Shown: positions 1-13,369, counted from the stretch's first letter. The stretch: 64,000 nucleotides of DNA from Octopus bimaculoides (GCF_001194135.2 NC_068992.1:11077537-11141536); one strand, 5' to 3'. Program-made: numbers and translations. The notes: generated by a model from the letters alone, not told the origin.

Positions 1-539
1 TATTCCTCATTTTTCAGTTGAGTGGGGCCGAATCACTATGTAATGAAGTACCTCGTTTAATGACAGAATACACCTTCCTATCCAGTAACCCCACTTCAAA
101 ACAATGAGTCGCCCTGTCACCCACTTATAACTGTCAAATATCATTGCACTTTATGGATTTGCATCTTCCAGGAAGTGTAAGGGATAAAGTATTGTAGCAT
201 AACAGGATTCCTGCTTTAATCTTTTAGCTTTTCTCTCACTTTAATTTACTCCTTTTCATGTTCAGCGTCTCTTCTACTTTTTATGTCCATTTTTTTCCTT
301 TCTGTCTTTCTCTTTAAGTTTCTCTCATACTGTTTCATGTTAGAGTCACATTGTTTTGCTTTCCCTATCATTCACTGCTGGGTCATTCAGGTTGAAAAGC
401 TGTAAAATATTTCCATCTTTCCTTTTTTTTTCACTTCTGTCATTTCAATTCTGAAGAAGGACATTATCTGAAATACTGGATATGTCACTCCCCATAACAA
501 TATTATTTTATTCTTTCTGTTACTTTCTCTTGGATACAT

Positions 540-595
<56 letters not shown>

Positions 596-998
596 TACAT
601 GTGTATGGCTGTGTGTGCACGTGTGTACATATATGACTGTGTATATATGCTTACACACACACACACACACACACATGCACACACATATATATATAAATGT
701 ATATACACATTCATTTTTTTTTTCTTAGTCATGTTGGTAGGTGTAACAACTATGACCCTGATATTTTTACTTTTAGGACCTCGTAGATTCAATTTAAAGT
801 GGAAAGTGGAGAATTATTATCAAGCCAGAGACATAGCTTGAGAGTTTGTAATATCCTGAAATGTGCTGAAAGCAACCAAGGACCAGATGGTAATGCTCAG
901 CTGGGTGACATATGTAGTCTATAATCCAAGAACATCGGTTGTCAAGTAATTGTCGGGGCACAAGTACAAACACACTAACATATACAAATATATATACA

Positions 999-1160
999 AC
1001 AGGCTTCCTTCAGTTTCCATCTACCAAATCCACTCACAAGGCTTTGGTCGGCTCGGGGCTATAGTAGAAGACACTTGCCCAAGGTGTCATGCAGTTGGAC
1101 TGAACCCGGAATGATGCGGTAAGGAAGCGAGCTACTTACCACACAGTCACTCCTGCACCT
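999..1160 (-). mobile_element. tRNA-derived SINE family S1, 5' part
   Basis: The reverse complement gives GTGACTGTGTGGTAAG (A-box-like), GGTTCAGTCC (B-box-like) and CCTTGGGCAAGTGTCTTC (CORE-like). Confidence 0.8.
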
Positions 1161-2262
1161 CTATATATATGATATAAATATATATACATAAATATACACA
1201 AGAGTTACGGAATGGAGTAGGTAAAAACTGGGCTACATATGTTTTATATTTACTATGGATTGCTTGAAGCTAACTTTCTTCCTACACCTTGCTCCCCGGA
1301 TCTATATCTATCTATCTAGCTAGCTAGCTAGCTATATATATATATATATAGTCATATAATGAATATGCATTTATCTATCAACTAAAGTATCTGACCTGTC
1401 AATTATGAAGGAGCTATAGTTAAAAAATATATATAAAAGTTGCTAATGAGAGTATGAAGATGTAAATAAAAATGACAAAATAATAGGAAAATAAGAAAAT
1501 TATATATGTTACTCCTACATAATTTTACAAATTTGATTACTTTTAATAAACAAATTTGATTACTTTTAATATATACAACATTTTGTTGCCAATGATTCAC
1601 TCATTGTTCTAAATAATTTTATTTCCTACAATAAACGCTCTGCCTAATTTCTCAAATGTTGCACATATACATATGTATTCAAAACTTCCAAAATAAGTGC
1701 ATATTTACACATGAGAATATGATCTTAGAACCAGGTTAAATACATTTTCTGAAAGTTTCCAATGGAGAAAATGTTGACTTTATGTAAAAGCTGAACATTT
1801 GCAACATATTTGACATTTTGCATACAAAAACTACAAATGTACATAATAAGCATTATTATTCACTTTCACTGGAAAAGTTCCTGAAGAACAAGATTTCTTG
1901 TAAAGTCTCGAAGCTGCCTCAGCACTTTTGGCCTACTTAAATTTCTATTTGCAATTTTAAATTGTTTCTATTCTTTGTTCTACTTAAATCAAGAAATACA
2001 AGCATGCAGTGTGAATAGGCTAAAGTTGAATACATGATACCTCTCACGAAGTTAAATATAAAAAGTAATTCGGGAATCGAATACACAAACTAGAATTATT
2101 TTTAGCAGGATAGCATAGAGGCAAATGCATATAGCATCATCATCATCATTTAACGTCCATTGTCTGTGCTAGCATGGGTTGGATGATGATATCTAGCATA
2201 TTATATGTATCCATTAGATTTACCAATAATAAAAAGAACTTGATTTGACTATCAGAATTTAT

Positions 2263-2306
2263 GTTGAGTATTAGTTGAGTATTAGTTGAGTATTAGTTGA
2301 GTATTA
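2263..2306. repeat. 11-bp tandem repeat (GTTGAGTATTA), 4 units
   Basis: Read directly from the sequence. Confidence 0.9.
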
Positions 2307-2672
2307 TGAGACAAAGAAGTCAGCAGAATGAAGCTTTGAATATAAAAAAATAAACAGAATAATTTAGAGCTTGTGTTGAATAATTTAGAAAGTGAATCAT
2401 GAGTATAGTGAAAGGGATTGTAGAGACAGTGGTAGGGGAAGTTTTTCTGGTTTGATAGTGGAAGTTTGTTATTGTTTGTTTTCAGTCAGGATTGTATGTA
2501 AAAGAGGATGTTAGAAGTAGTAAAGTTGTATGGTAGTTCAAAGGGTAAATGTGCTAAATATATGCATATGTATGTGTGCATAAATATACATGCATAAATA
2601 TATATATATATACATATATATATACACACACACATCCATGTGTATATATATATATATATATANNNNNNNNNN

Positions 2673-2714
<42 letters not shown>

Positions 2715-3166
2715 TCATATATCTATATATATTCATATATATATATTCATATGTGTGTGTGTATGTATGCACACATATTTATACACATATACATATATGC
2801 GGAGAAATTATTTTGAATCATTATAGGTATTGTCATAATAGTTGTTGTTATTGTGGCCCTTTTGTTGTTGCTTCCAAAATAAGACAGTTCGTTTCTCTGC
2901 TGCTATGATTAATACTCCCGCAAGGGATGTTTGTCAAGTTCACGTTTAAGATGTCTTTGGGTATTCAGTAATATATACATCAGAAAGGAGAAAATAAACA
3001 ATTATTTACAATTTTGCTAAGTATTTTTTTCTTGCTAATTTTCGCATACTGAATTTTCCATCACATTATCTCATTATATAGGGCAGTCCTGTATAATGTA
3101 CAACACCCAGAGGTGTTCCCTATGTGCTTTCTCTAAAAGAATTAATGAAAGGAAATGTGTTTATGA

Positions 3167-3228
<62 letters not shown>

Positions 3229-3751
3229 ATATGTACACACAGACATATATATAGTAAAGGAAAAACCCTTCAAATGGGAATGAGGGAAAAGTAATTTTTT
3301 CCATCTAAATGTACATATGTGTACATATATATATATATANNNNNNNNNNNNNNNNNNNNNNNNNNNNNNNNNNNNNNNNNNNNNNNNNNNNNNNNNNNNN
3401 NNNNNNNNNNNNNNNNNNNNNNNNNNNNNNNNNNNNNNNNNNNNNNNNNNNNNNNNNNNNNNNNNNNNNNNNNNNNNNNNNNNNNNNNNNNNNNNNNNNN
3501 NNNNNNNNNNNNNNNNNNNNNNNNNNNNNNNNNNNNNNNNNNNNNNNNNNNNNNNNNNNNNNNNNNNNNNNNNNNNNNNNNNNNNNNNNNNNNNNNNNNN
3601 NNNNNNNNNNNNNNNNNNNNNNNNTGGTGTGCTGAAACAGATGTTTCACCTTGGGAAGGCCATTTTCCCAATACAAACACACAAGCAAAATGGTCTCCCT
3701 AGATGCATCTATGTATCTGCATATATGTGTACACATGAGTATGTGTGTGCC

Positions 3752-3799
<48 letters not shown>

Positions 3800-4188
3800 C
3801 ACATGCACACATGTGCGTGCACGTGAACACACACACACATATGAATGGTATAAATTTGGTTAGAGGGAGAAAAGAAAAATGGGAAATGAAAAATTTCATT
3901 GTCTTTTTGTTACTATTGTTGTTTGGCCCCAGGCCAGGTCTGGTAAACTAAACCTACAATGAACAGAGTCATTCTGGTCACGACCATCCCCATTTTTGAT
4001 CAATAGTTCATTTTAGACCTCATTTTCTAATATAATATACAGTTATTTTAAGATGGTAGAGAACTTACTAAAGCAAATTTGGTTGCTATTTCTAACAGAT
4101 TAGGTGACCACATAGAGGCTATCATTTTATCGCATCCATTCACAGTTCTGCATGAGTCCTTATAAATATGCACATACACACAAATACA

Positions 4189-4220
<32 letters not shown>

Positions 4221-4225
<5 letters not shown>

Positions 4226-4766
4226 GTTGCAATAGGTAAATTGTCACCATTTCATATGTTTAATTGTTTGCATGTGCAATGTTTGTTTTTGATTTCATTG
4301 ACTACAGATTATAGTAGGGTCAGTTGGGCACCATCACTGAGAAAACAACACCATAATGCAATTCACTCTGCCAGAAGTATGAAAACAACATGCTGCATTG
4401 CTTGCATTCACACTGGAGGCTCCAGTATGCACAATTCAGAGTTTTTGCATGTCAATCTAATGTCAGTGCATGTGCTGAGAGTGATAAAAATTAAACATCC
4501 AGTCTACATCATGATGTTTGGAGTAATCACTAGTGATGGCAACATTATGCCTCCATTTGTCTTCTGACATAGCCTCAGACTCAATATGGAGGCCTACATC
4601 AAGTACCTGGAGGAGGTAGTGTTGCCCTGGTCCAAGAGGGTGGCTGCACCCTGCCACACAAGCAGGAGAACCCAGTCATAGCTGTCAGACAATTTCTGCA
4701 ACCACATCACTCCTAACATCTGGCCTTCTAACTCCCCCAGACTACAACACCCTTGATTACTATGTG
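4221..4766 (+). mobile_element. Decayed, internally deleted Tc1/mariner transposon (maT/DD37D-like)
   Basis: Translates as KHPVYIMMFGVITSDGNIMPPFVF*HSLRLNMEAYIKYLEEVVLPWSKRVAAPCHTSRRTQS*LSDNFCNHITPNIWPSNSP/DYNTLDYYV. This includes the mariner WP.NSPD.N.LDY motif, with stops and a frameshift. The 5' part aligns with the copy at 50836. Confidence 0.85.
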
Positions 4767-4830
4767 GTCACCTTCTCTCCCTCTCTCACCTCTACACACT
4801 CTATCTCTCTTATAAATATTTATAAATAAA

Positions 4831-5008
4831 GCAAGCATGGCTGTATGGTAAGAAGCTTGCCTCCCAACTACATGGCTCTGGGTTCAGTCCTACTGTATGG
4901 CATCTTTGGCAAGTGTCTTCTGCTTTAGCCTTTGGCCAAGCCTTGTGAGTGAATTTGGTGGACAGAAACTAAAAGAAGCATGTCGTATGTGTGTATGTGT
5001 GCGTTGCA

Positions 5009-5063
<55 letters not shown>

Positions 5064-5305
5064 AAGTGTGCATGTGTGTGTGTGCCTTTGTTTGTTCCCC
5101 ACTACCACTTGAAAACCAGTGTTAGTGCGTTTATTGCCCTGTAACTTAACAGTTCAGTGAAAGAGACTGATAGAGAAAAGTACCAGGCTTTAAAAAAAAG
5201 TAATAAGTCCTGGAGTCAATTCTTTCAACTAAAATTCTTCAATGCGGTGCCCCAGCATGGCCACAGTCTAATGACTGAAACAAGTAAAAGATTAAAAGAT
5301 AAAGA
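4831..5305 (+). mobile_element. tRNA-derived SINE family S1, near full length with internal (GT)n
   Basis: GGCTGTATGGTAAG...GGGTTCAGTCC head and a 3' end CCCCAGCATGGCCACAGTCTAATGACTGAAACAAGTAAAAG shared with other copies. Confidence 0.85.
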
Positions 5306-5474
5306 CAGCCATTGGTTGTTGAAGCTCCTTTAAATTGATCTTGGGCAACTGCTACACAGAGATCACTAATATTAATGTGTAATTCTACACTGAATAAAAG
5401 AAACACCTCTTTTAATATCAATGCTGTTGTTATCAATCATTTAACATCTCCATGTCGTCTCCCCTCATCATTTC

Positions 5475-5644
5475 TCATACTGTTATAACACTTATCTCCA
5501 GATGGTGTCTAATGTTTTCAATAGATGTTGATATTTCTATAAAATTTCCATTATCAATATTGTTTTCATTAAAACCATTTCTAATCTGAAGATTTTTTCT
5601 ACTGGCTGACGAAGTATTTGTCCCATTTACATTGCTGTGTTTTT
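5475..5644 (-). CDS. Candidate terminal exon (N/S-rich, 56 aa)
   Basis: Stop-free stretch (E)KHSNVNGTNTSSASRKNLQIRNGFNENNIDNGNFIEISTSIENIRHHLEISVITV* in phase 1 after ttttagataag|, with sequons NGT and NTS. The acceptor is atypical (AAG), and an ORF of this length can arise by chance. Confidence 0.2.
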
Positions 5645-6814
5645 CTTATCTAAAATAATTTTTAATATCATTACGATCATAATTTTAGTTGTTACTAACA
5701 TTATTACACTTCACTTATCGCGTGTATATTATTCCAAATGTTACCATTACGATTGTTAGAATCATTAGAGCAATGAACAAAATGCCTTTTCATTAATTAC
5801 CTTTATATTCTTAGTTCAAATCCTGAAATACTCAACTTTGCCTCACATCCTTCCAAGGTTGTGGAAAAGAACACAAGCAAGGTGGCCAGTCTCACACAGA
5901 AATGGGCTCAAAGGAAGCAGCTGCCATATCTTCTGATAATGTCCAATCAGATGGGAAACCTATTTTACATCACTTAAATGCTTTGAGAATTAATGACATG
6001 TTTTTCAAGTCTCTGTGTGGTGTAAAATCTAACTTTATATTATTCTTATTAAAATGTGCCCAGATTTTCTTCTTATTTATCCCAAGACATAGCATTACAA
6101 TTAGCATGGACAGAAGATATTTTGAAGGAGAGAAATTTGGACATGACTTGCAGTAAAGAACTAATTTCCGGGTGTTTGGAAATAGCTTCAATTAACTCTG
6201 CCCAAGAAGATCTGTATGTATAAATTCATCCCTAAGATGATTCCAAGTGCTAGGGAGCTTAGCTTTGATGTGATGGTGTAAAACAGGTGAGAGATAAGTG
6301 TTACCCTGTAAAGACTGAAATCGAACTTAGACAACTAATTTAGATCACATAATACTTATTTTCGACAGCTGTGAGAAGTGATGCTCCAGAGAACAGCTTT
6401 CTGTCCAGCAACAAGATTGGATACACAACATTGTAGCAAGAATGTCAACAATATCTATTGGTTAGTTTGCATCATCAAACCAAAGCATAATTAATTATTT
6501 CTAAATGAGAGACAAACATAATTCAGGGTCAGCAAAAAGCAAGATCAGGCAGTACATTTATCTGGGATCCTGAGAGGCAAGGAGGGATTCTGTGATTATA
6601 TGCTGGGCCCCTCCATTAGCTTCATCATGATTTTAATATCTACTCTTTTGTGCTTGCATGGATCAGATGGAATTTGTCAAGATAGATTTTTTAACAGTTG
6701 AATGCCCTTCCAGTGGCTAACCCTCATCTGTTTTCAAGCAAGGTAATGTTTTTGCATGACTGGACATGTTTCTATGAAAGGCTGGAAAATTGGAAAAGAA
6801 GGGTAATATTTGAG

Positions 6815-6950
6815 CCGAGGTCGACTTTGCCTTTTATCCTTTCTGGGTCGATTAAATAAGTACCAGTTACCCACTGGGGTCGGTGTAATCGACTTAAACC
6901 CTTTGTTTGTCCCCTCTATGTTTAGTCCCCTGTGGGCAATAAAAAAAAAA
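6815..6950 (+). mobile_element. SINE family S2 (Deu/Nin-like core), 3' part
   Basis: CCGAGGTCGACTTTGCCTTTTATCCTTTCTGGGTCGATTAAATAAGTACCAG followed by an A-rich tail. Confidence 0.75.
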
Positions 6951-8210
6951 TAAATATCTGATTGACAGTGATGCATTGTCAAGATGAGGTGGCACAAACT
7001 CAAACTCACACACACACACACACAAACATGCAATGGGCTCCTTACAGTTTCCCTCCACTAAATTCACTCACTAGGCTTTGGTTGGTCATTCCATAATGAA
7101 AGAAAACTTACATCCCTCTTGAATTTTCAGAAAAGAAGCGTTGAAATCAATCTCATTTTGCCTTCCAAATTTCTCTTGGTCATCTTTGCTTCAATTCTGC
7201 TTTGCATGTTAACAAATTAACTTTAACGTGAAGCCATTACTTACATTAATTTACAGTACCTACTTACAAACAACTAAGGTGGACTTAGCTGTTGAGAATT
7301 TAGCTTTTCAGCCATAGATAAAACAGAATTGCAGTGACAGGATAGGAAGTGGTAATTCTTAAGTTAGTTGTCCAGTTCTCTCTGCTAACTCAGCCATTCA
7401 CACAATCCACAAACAATAAAGATGTTGCCAAATGAATCTAATGAATATCTTAGAAGTAATCTCTACGTTTTACATCTCAGACAGACATAAGACTTTCAGC
7501 TGCTGTTTAGTGTTTGACTTTAGTGTTGAACAGTTTTATAACTATGATAATTTCCTCTTCAGCTTAACAGATAATTTAATAAGTGGCGGTGGGGTTCTCG
7601 TTTCAAGGACAGCTGTAAAACAATCTAATTGAGGGAAGCACTGGGTGCTATGTTGAGCAGGTCGAACCTTTACACTATAAGTTCATACCCAATTAGTTAT
7701 TTAATCAAAACTTCAGTTGATCAGAAATTAATATTCAGCATCAAATAAATTAGCTTCAGTTTTCTTGATGAAATGTTTTAAGCAATGCAGACATTTTTCC
7801 AAAATATCTAAACCATCTATGAATTAAATTAGCATTTGACATATGAATAGAATTCAAATTTATCCTCTGCATAACTTACAAATATGTTGAAAACTGGTTA
7901 ACAGCAGTAAACAATTTTATTGATAATAGCTTCAGTATAGATACATTAAAATAGAAAACATGAAACAGAAAAGAAAAGAATATGGAGAGGGTGCTGTGTT
8001 ATTATATTTAAAGAAACAAAAACCATTGGAAAAAAAATCAAAAACAAAACAAAAATGAGAGAAAGAAAGAGAGAGAGAGAGAGGCAGACGGACAGAGAGA
8101 GAGAGAGAGAGATTATGTTTGGGGTTATGAACTCTATAGAAATGTACTTCCTGCCAAATAATGGTTCAGAATTGCATTAAAAGCTTTTGGTGTAAATTGT
8201 AATAACTTAC

Positions 8211-8246
8211 CTCTTTTCACATTTCCTGGTGTTGTTGGTGTGTAAC
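8211..8246 (-). CDS. Small linker/stalk exon, (G)YTPTTPGNVKR, probably of the same Ig gene
   Basis: Strong pyrimidine-rich acceptor ttttcttctctag|GT and consensus donor AG|gtaagt. The exon is 36 nt, phase 1-1 and stop-free. Its T/P-rich content is typical of a membrane-proximal stalk, and its phase fits exons A and B. The link to them is inferred. Confidence 0.6.
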
Positions 8247-8803
8247 CTAGAGAAGAAAAAAGGGAACGAAAAAAACTCAAAAATATTAATATTCCAAGTA
8301 GTATTGTTTCTAGGTTGAGTAGTTAGAGAAATAGTTAGCTACTGAAGGAGGAAAAACAGAAAAAAAAAAAAATGATTTTCCTGCATTATGAATTAATAGC
8401 AGAAAGTAGAGTGGAAGATATTGTTGCTGTTGTTGTTGTAGTTGTAATTGTAGTAGTTGTAGTAGTAGTAGTAGTTGTTGTTATTGTTGCCATTGTGCTG
8501 CATAACTATATTCAGTAGTTCTGCTGTTCCAGCAGACACAAGAAGACACTTAGGTAACTGATAAAAACATACCATTTTACAGACAGACATCAAAATTATA
8601 ATCATTGGTTTTTATTGTAGGCATGTTGTTGGAATAACTGAAGACTTGTGATCTTCTTTTCTAATCTCAGTTTGGAGTTTGTCGAAGATTTAGCCTGTTA
8701 TGTTCAGGTCTAGCAATGAAATTGAAATATTCACTCTTATTGTTTCATAAAACACACTCAAAATGATTGCAGGGAGATTGTTGAGAGAGACATTATTGTT
8801 GTT

Positions 8804-9034
8804 TTAATACTTTCGTTGCAATATTTTGGTTGAAATACTCTTTGTTTCAATTAATTTTGAAAATGATTAAGAATTTAGCAAAATAATTTTTTTCATTATT
8901 GGTTTGATATTTGGAACATAAATTGGCATGAAATCTTGATGGAGGGTTTTAATCTAGATCAACATTAAGATGAGAAGTTTGTACTGTAAAACCAGGAGGG
9001 GTGGTCACAGCTGGATTGGTACTAAAAGGGTTAA
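8804..9034. mobile_element. TTAA-flanked MITE (piggyBac-like termini), family 1
   Basis: Starts ttaatactttcgttgc and ends aaaagggttaa. It is internally homologous to 34608-34859. Confidence 0.6.
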
Positions 9035-9039
9035 GCAAG

Positions 9040-9500
9040 AACTCATCTCTTCAAGGGAAGACCAGATTGTATGATCTGGTGAATAAGTGCACAATATTGT
9101 AAGATATTGTAAGATATGGTTGTGAGACATTATCACAGAATACGGAGCGTATATGAAAGCTGAAAAGAAATTTGATGAGCATGATCTGATGAATAAATAA
9201 AATTAGAGTGCATGCACTATGGTGCATGACTATAGCAAGAGATTAAAAGAAAGCCTAAGGCTATCGACAGTGTGATGCAGTTAGAATGTTATGATGGTGT
9301 GGATGTGTAATGTGTTGAAGAATAATAGTTGACTGAAAAAATATCAAATGATCCATGCTGAAGATGAATGTTGAAGAGCCAGAGAAAAACTGTAGATGAG
9401 ATAAGAAGTGGCTAAGTTGGATCTTGAGATGCTAGGCCTCATAAATAGGAAGACAAAGGACTCTAGTAAATAGAGAGATGGTATGTTGAAACAAGTCCAT
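9040..9500 (+). mobile_element. Degraded RTE-clade LINE, C-terminal ORF fragment
   Basis: The broken translation SLQGKTRLYD...YGCETL...ERI*KLKRNLMSMI**INKIRVH resembles the post-RT region of RTE ORFs (K.RLY...YG.ETW). An RTE-type tail follows on the same strand at about 9660-9810. Confidence 0.55.
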
Positions 9501-9599
9501 AAAACTTGTACCAGTATGAAGAAGGGAGTACACATGCACACACACACACACACACACAAACTTTAAAAAACATACATTTAAAATGCAAACTATATACAT

Positions 9600-9634
<35 letters not shown>

Positions 9635-9659
9635 GAAATATATATATATTTCACTCTTG

Positions 9660-9811
9660 GAGTTTTTAGCATTAGGAAGGGCATCCAACTGTAAAAACCA
9701 TGCCTAATCAGACTGGAGTCTAGTGCAGCTCCTCAGCTTACCAACTCTGGTCAAACCTTCCAGCCCATGCCAGAAAGGACAATGGGTGTTAAATGAAGAT
9801 GAAGATGATAT
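9660..9811 (+). mobile_element. Retroposon family S3 with RTE-type tail ending GTTAAATGA(GAT)n
   Basis: Runs GCATTAGGAAGGGCATCCAACTGTAAAA...CCCATGCCAG...GTTAAATGAAGATG. Confidence 0.7.
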
Positions 9812-10632
9812 NNNNNNNNNNNNNNNNNNNNNNNNNNNNNNNNNNNNNNNNNNNNNNNNNNNNNNNNNNNNNNNNNNNNNNNNNNNNNNNNNNNNNNNNN
9901 NNNNNNNNNNNNNNNNNNNNNNNNNNNNNNNNNNNNNNNNNNNNNNNNNNNNNNNNNNNNNNNNNNNNNNNNNNNNNNNNNNNNNNNNNNNNNNNNNNNN
10001 NNNNNNNNNNNNNNNNNNNNNNNNNNNNNNNNNNNNNNNNNNNNNNNNNNNNNNNNNNNNNNNNNNNNNNNNNNNNNNNNNNNNNNNNNNNNNNNNNNNN
10101 NNNNNNNNNNNNNNNNNNNNNNNNNNNNNNNNNNNNNNNNNNNNNNNNNNNNNNNNNNNNNNNNNNNNNNNNNNNNNNNNNNNNNNNNNNNNNNNNNNNN
10201 NNNNNNNNNNNNNNNNNNNNNNNNNNNNNNNNNNNNNNNNNNNNNNNNNNNNNNNNNNNNNNNNNNNNNNNNNNNNNNNNNNNNNNNNNNNNNNNNNNNN
10301 NNNNNNNNNNNNNNNNNNNNNNNNNNNNNNNNNNNNNNNNNNNNNNNNNNNNNNNNNNNNNNNNNNNNNNNNNNNNNNNNNNNNNNNNNNNNNNNNNNNN
10401 NNNNNNNNNNNNNNNNNNNNNNNNNNNNNNNNNNNNNNNNNNNNNNNNNNNNNNNNNNNNNNNNNNNNNNNNNNNNNNNNNNNNNNNNNNNNNNNNNNNN
10501 NNNNNNNNNNNNNNNNNNNNNNNNNNNNNNNNNNNNNNNNNNNNNNNNNNNNNNNNNNNNNNNNNNNNNNNNNNNNNNNNNNNNNNNNNNNNNNNNNNNN
10601 NNNNNNNNNNNNNNNNNNNNNNNNNNNNNNNN
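9812..10632. other. Assembly gap; other gaps at 2663-2672, 3340-3624, 14600-15290, 39540-39549, 42955-43202, 48896-48905, 49524-49808, 50317-50407 and 52021-52683
   Basis: N runs, nearly all flanked by microsatellites or homopolymers. Confidence 1.
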
Positions 10633-10671
<39 letters not shown>

Positions 10672-11531
10672 GTTCATTGACTTGGGTATAGCTCTGTATT
10701 GTAAATCTAGCATTGATGAGATGACCATTTTCCAGTTGAATGTCGGAGTCCAAAAAACAGCAAATATAGAAATACACTTTATATTACGTTATTTAAATAT
10801 AATGATAATACATTTTATGTTTATTTCCTTACCAACATTTTAATGTCTACTTTTCCATGCTTGTATTGATAAAAATTCCATAAGGCAGATAGATTTATTT
10901 TCTACATATGGATGCTCCTTCTGTTGCTAACCCTTGCCACTTTCCAAGCAAAGTAATATTTCCTTTAGTTTTTCAAATACAAACCGCAAAATAGCCAGAT
11001 CGCAAATAAATGACATTGCTTGTATCAGAGTGATGTTTGTATAAAATTGGTGCATGGTATTAAGATGAGCAAACACACAGACATACATATAAAAATACAT
11101 GCACGTGCATGTGCACGCACACACACACACACACACACACAAGCACAAGCACACATACAGCTGGGTTTTTTTCCTTGTCTCTCTTCCAGATACATACATA
11201 CACAAAAGCTTTAGTTTAGTCAGTCTGAGATTATGACAAAAGACACTTGCTAAAGGTGGCACACAATGACACCTCAAGCAAGTGTGTCCTGAATTATTTT
11301 CATATTTTTCCCTTTTATTTCTTGGAATATTCGAAACCCCATGATATTTTCCTCCCACCTCCCAAAGCATATGGTGTTGCATGCTTCTGCTTGAGTTACT
11401 GAAGACTTCAGCTGTTCCTGGCTTTAGCATCACAGACCCATTTAAGAACTGAACATTTCATAGCTTAGAAGGTTAATTAAGTTTAGCTTTTACGATCAAC
11501 CGGAGGAAAGGCTCAAGAAGCTGCATTATCA

Positions 11532-11758
11532 TTAACCCTTTAACATTTAAACTGGCTACAACCAGCCCATATATTCTACCTGTTTTATATTCAAAACCAA
11601 ACAGATCCAACTTCTCACACCTAATCTACAATATCATTCTAAAACTAATGCAATCATCAATGAAATCTCAAAGCCATGAGATATGGCAAGATTAGTTCAG
11701 AACAACATGAATAAATGGGCATTATATTTGTCAAAGTAATGTGAATGCCAAAGGGTTC
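11532..11758. mobile_element. TTAA-flanked MITE, family 2
   Basis: Runs TTAACCCTTTAACATT...AATGCCAAAGGGTTC. An inverted homologous copy ends at 55302. Confidence 0.65.
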
Positions 11759-11897
11759 GAGCCACTAACCAGAGAAATTCTTTTATGCTCTAATTTGGAG
11801 GGACAAGTTGTGCTGAAGATTTTTTTACAAGAATTCCAAGACTGCAATATAGAGATTCCATCAAAGCAGAGCACCAGGTGACGATATCAAACTAGGT

Positions 11898-12183
11898 CAG
11901 TGGTTCTTAACCTTTTTAACCCTTTTTTTGCCTATTGATCCCTTTGATTCCTATTTTACTCTCCTGAACTCCCAGAGCCATTCAATGTGCATGAAAAATC
12001 CTATTGTGTTCTTATAACTAAATATTGTTGGGAGTTAGATAGCACCCAGCATACTCTGTTATAATAACGGCATGCAGCAATAGAAACCATCCCACAACAG
12101 ACAGCTGGAGTCTGGACAGCTCCCAGCTAGCCAGCTCCATGCCAAACTGTCCAACCCATGCCAGCTTGGAAAGTAGACGTTAA

Positions 12184-12215
<32 letters not shown>

Positions 12216-12317
12216 GTGTATAGTAGAAGCATAACCAATTTATTGCACATAAATTTCCACAGCAAACTTTATCTGGACCCCAGCAATGATCGTATGGACC
12301 CCAGTTGAGAACCACTG
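11898..12317. mobile_element. hAT (Charlie/Buster-like) MITE with a nested retroposon fragment
   Basis: Terminal inverted repeats CAGTGGTTCTTAAC and GTTGAGAACCACTG. The 8-bp flanks aactaggt (11890-11897) and aactagac (12318-12325) match at 6 of 8 positions and contain CTAG. Confidence 0.8.
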
Positions 12318-13369
12318 AACTAGACAAAGGAATTGGTCTTCTATTGAAATAGATCATAATGAGAATCAGACTGAAAATACGAAGAGTCAAAAGAAATACC
12401 ACAAGGTATACCTTGTGTCTGATGCTCTTAAATTTTCCCCAGCTCACTGTCCTAGACCGGTACTTAATTTATCAAACCCAGAAGGATGAAACACAAAGAT
12501 AACCTTAGAAGGATTTGAACCCAGAATGCAAGATGCCAGAATAAATATCACAAGGCATGTCATCTGCTACTGCACTGATTATACCAGTTCCACACCAGTG
12601 GTCTTGTCATTTTCCTTAATGGATCCGTATTATGGTTTGACTATAAGTTGTGAGTGATGGTTGGTGACCATGTTAAATTTATCTTTGAATAGAAGAATCC
12701 TCTTCAACTGACATAAAACACCCAGAAGAAAAGAAGCAGAAAGCACAAGGACAATGTTAGTTTAAACTAGTTATTATTCATCTGACTCATACCAAGGGTA
12801 TGAAGTTCCCATGTATTTCTTTTTTTTTTCAGCATTTTACTTAGAATTATTCATATCAATTTTGACATTTCAAGTTAAAATTAATTCATGAAAAAAAAAC
12901 AAAAACAAAACAACTTTCATTAATTATATTCAGATTTTTTTAAAAATATCTTTTAATTCATTTAAATTGTTAAAAAAGAAAAATATTAAAATATATATAT
13001 ATTTTTTTTTTTATGAAAATGATTGATTCTGACATGTCACATCTCAGTTTGATATTTTCATTTAATTATCCTCGTTAAGAATTTCTAAATTATGGTGATA
13101 TAAATTTCTGAAGAGGTTACTTCCCTGTCGAGATAGTGGATATTTAAAATACACTGCACTGATAACACGCTTTATACTATAGCGATACACTTTTATCAGT
13201 TTACCCTTTAACTTGTTTCAGTCACTGGACTGCAGCCATGCTGGAGCACTGCTTCATAGGATGAGTCAAACAAACTTACACCAGTATTTATTTTAAGTAC
13301 TGGTGGAAGTTTGTTCGTCGAGTCCCCCCCCTCTTTCTTTCTCTCCCTGTGTATACGAGTCTCAATATC

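Noticed and set aside
5902-6500. Non-repetitive, moderately GC-rich block with short ORFs
   Set aside because: No recognisable protein motif in any frame I translated; possibly an old TE but unsupported.
8393-8605. Thr-rich reading frame just upstream of the mini-exon, a possible mucin stalk
   Set aside because: It is an (ACT/ACA)n simple repeat. The Thr frame has flanking stops and no compatible splice sites.
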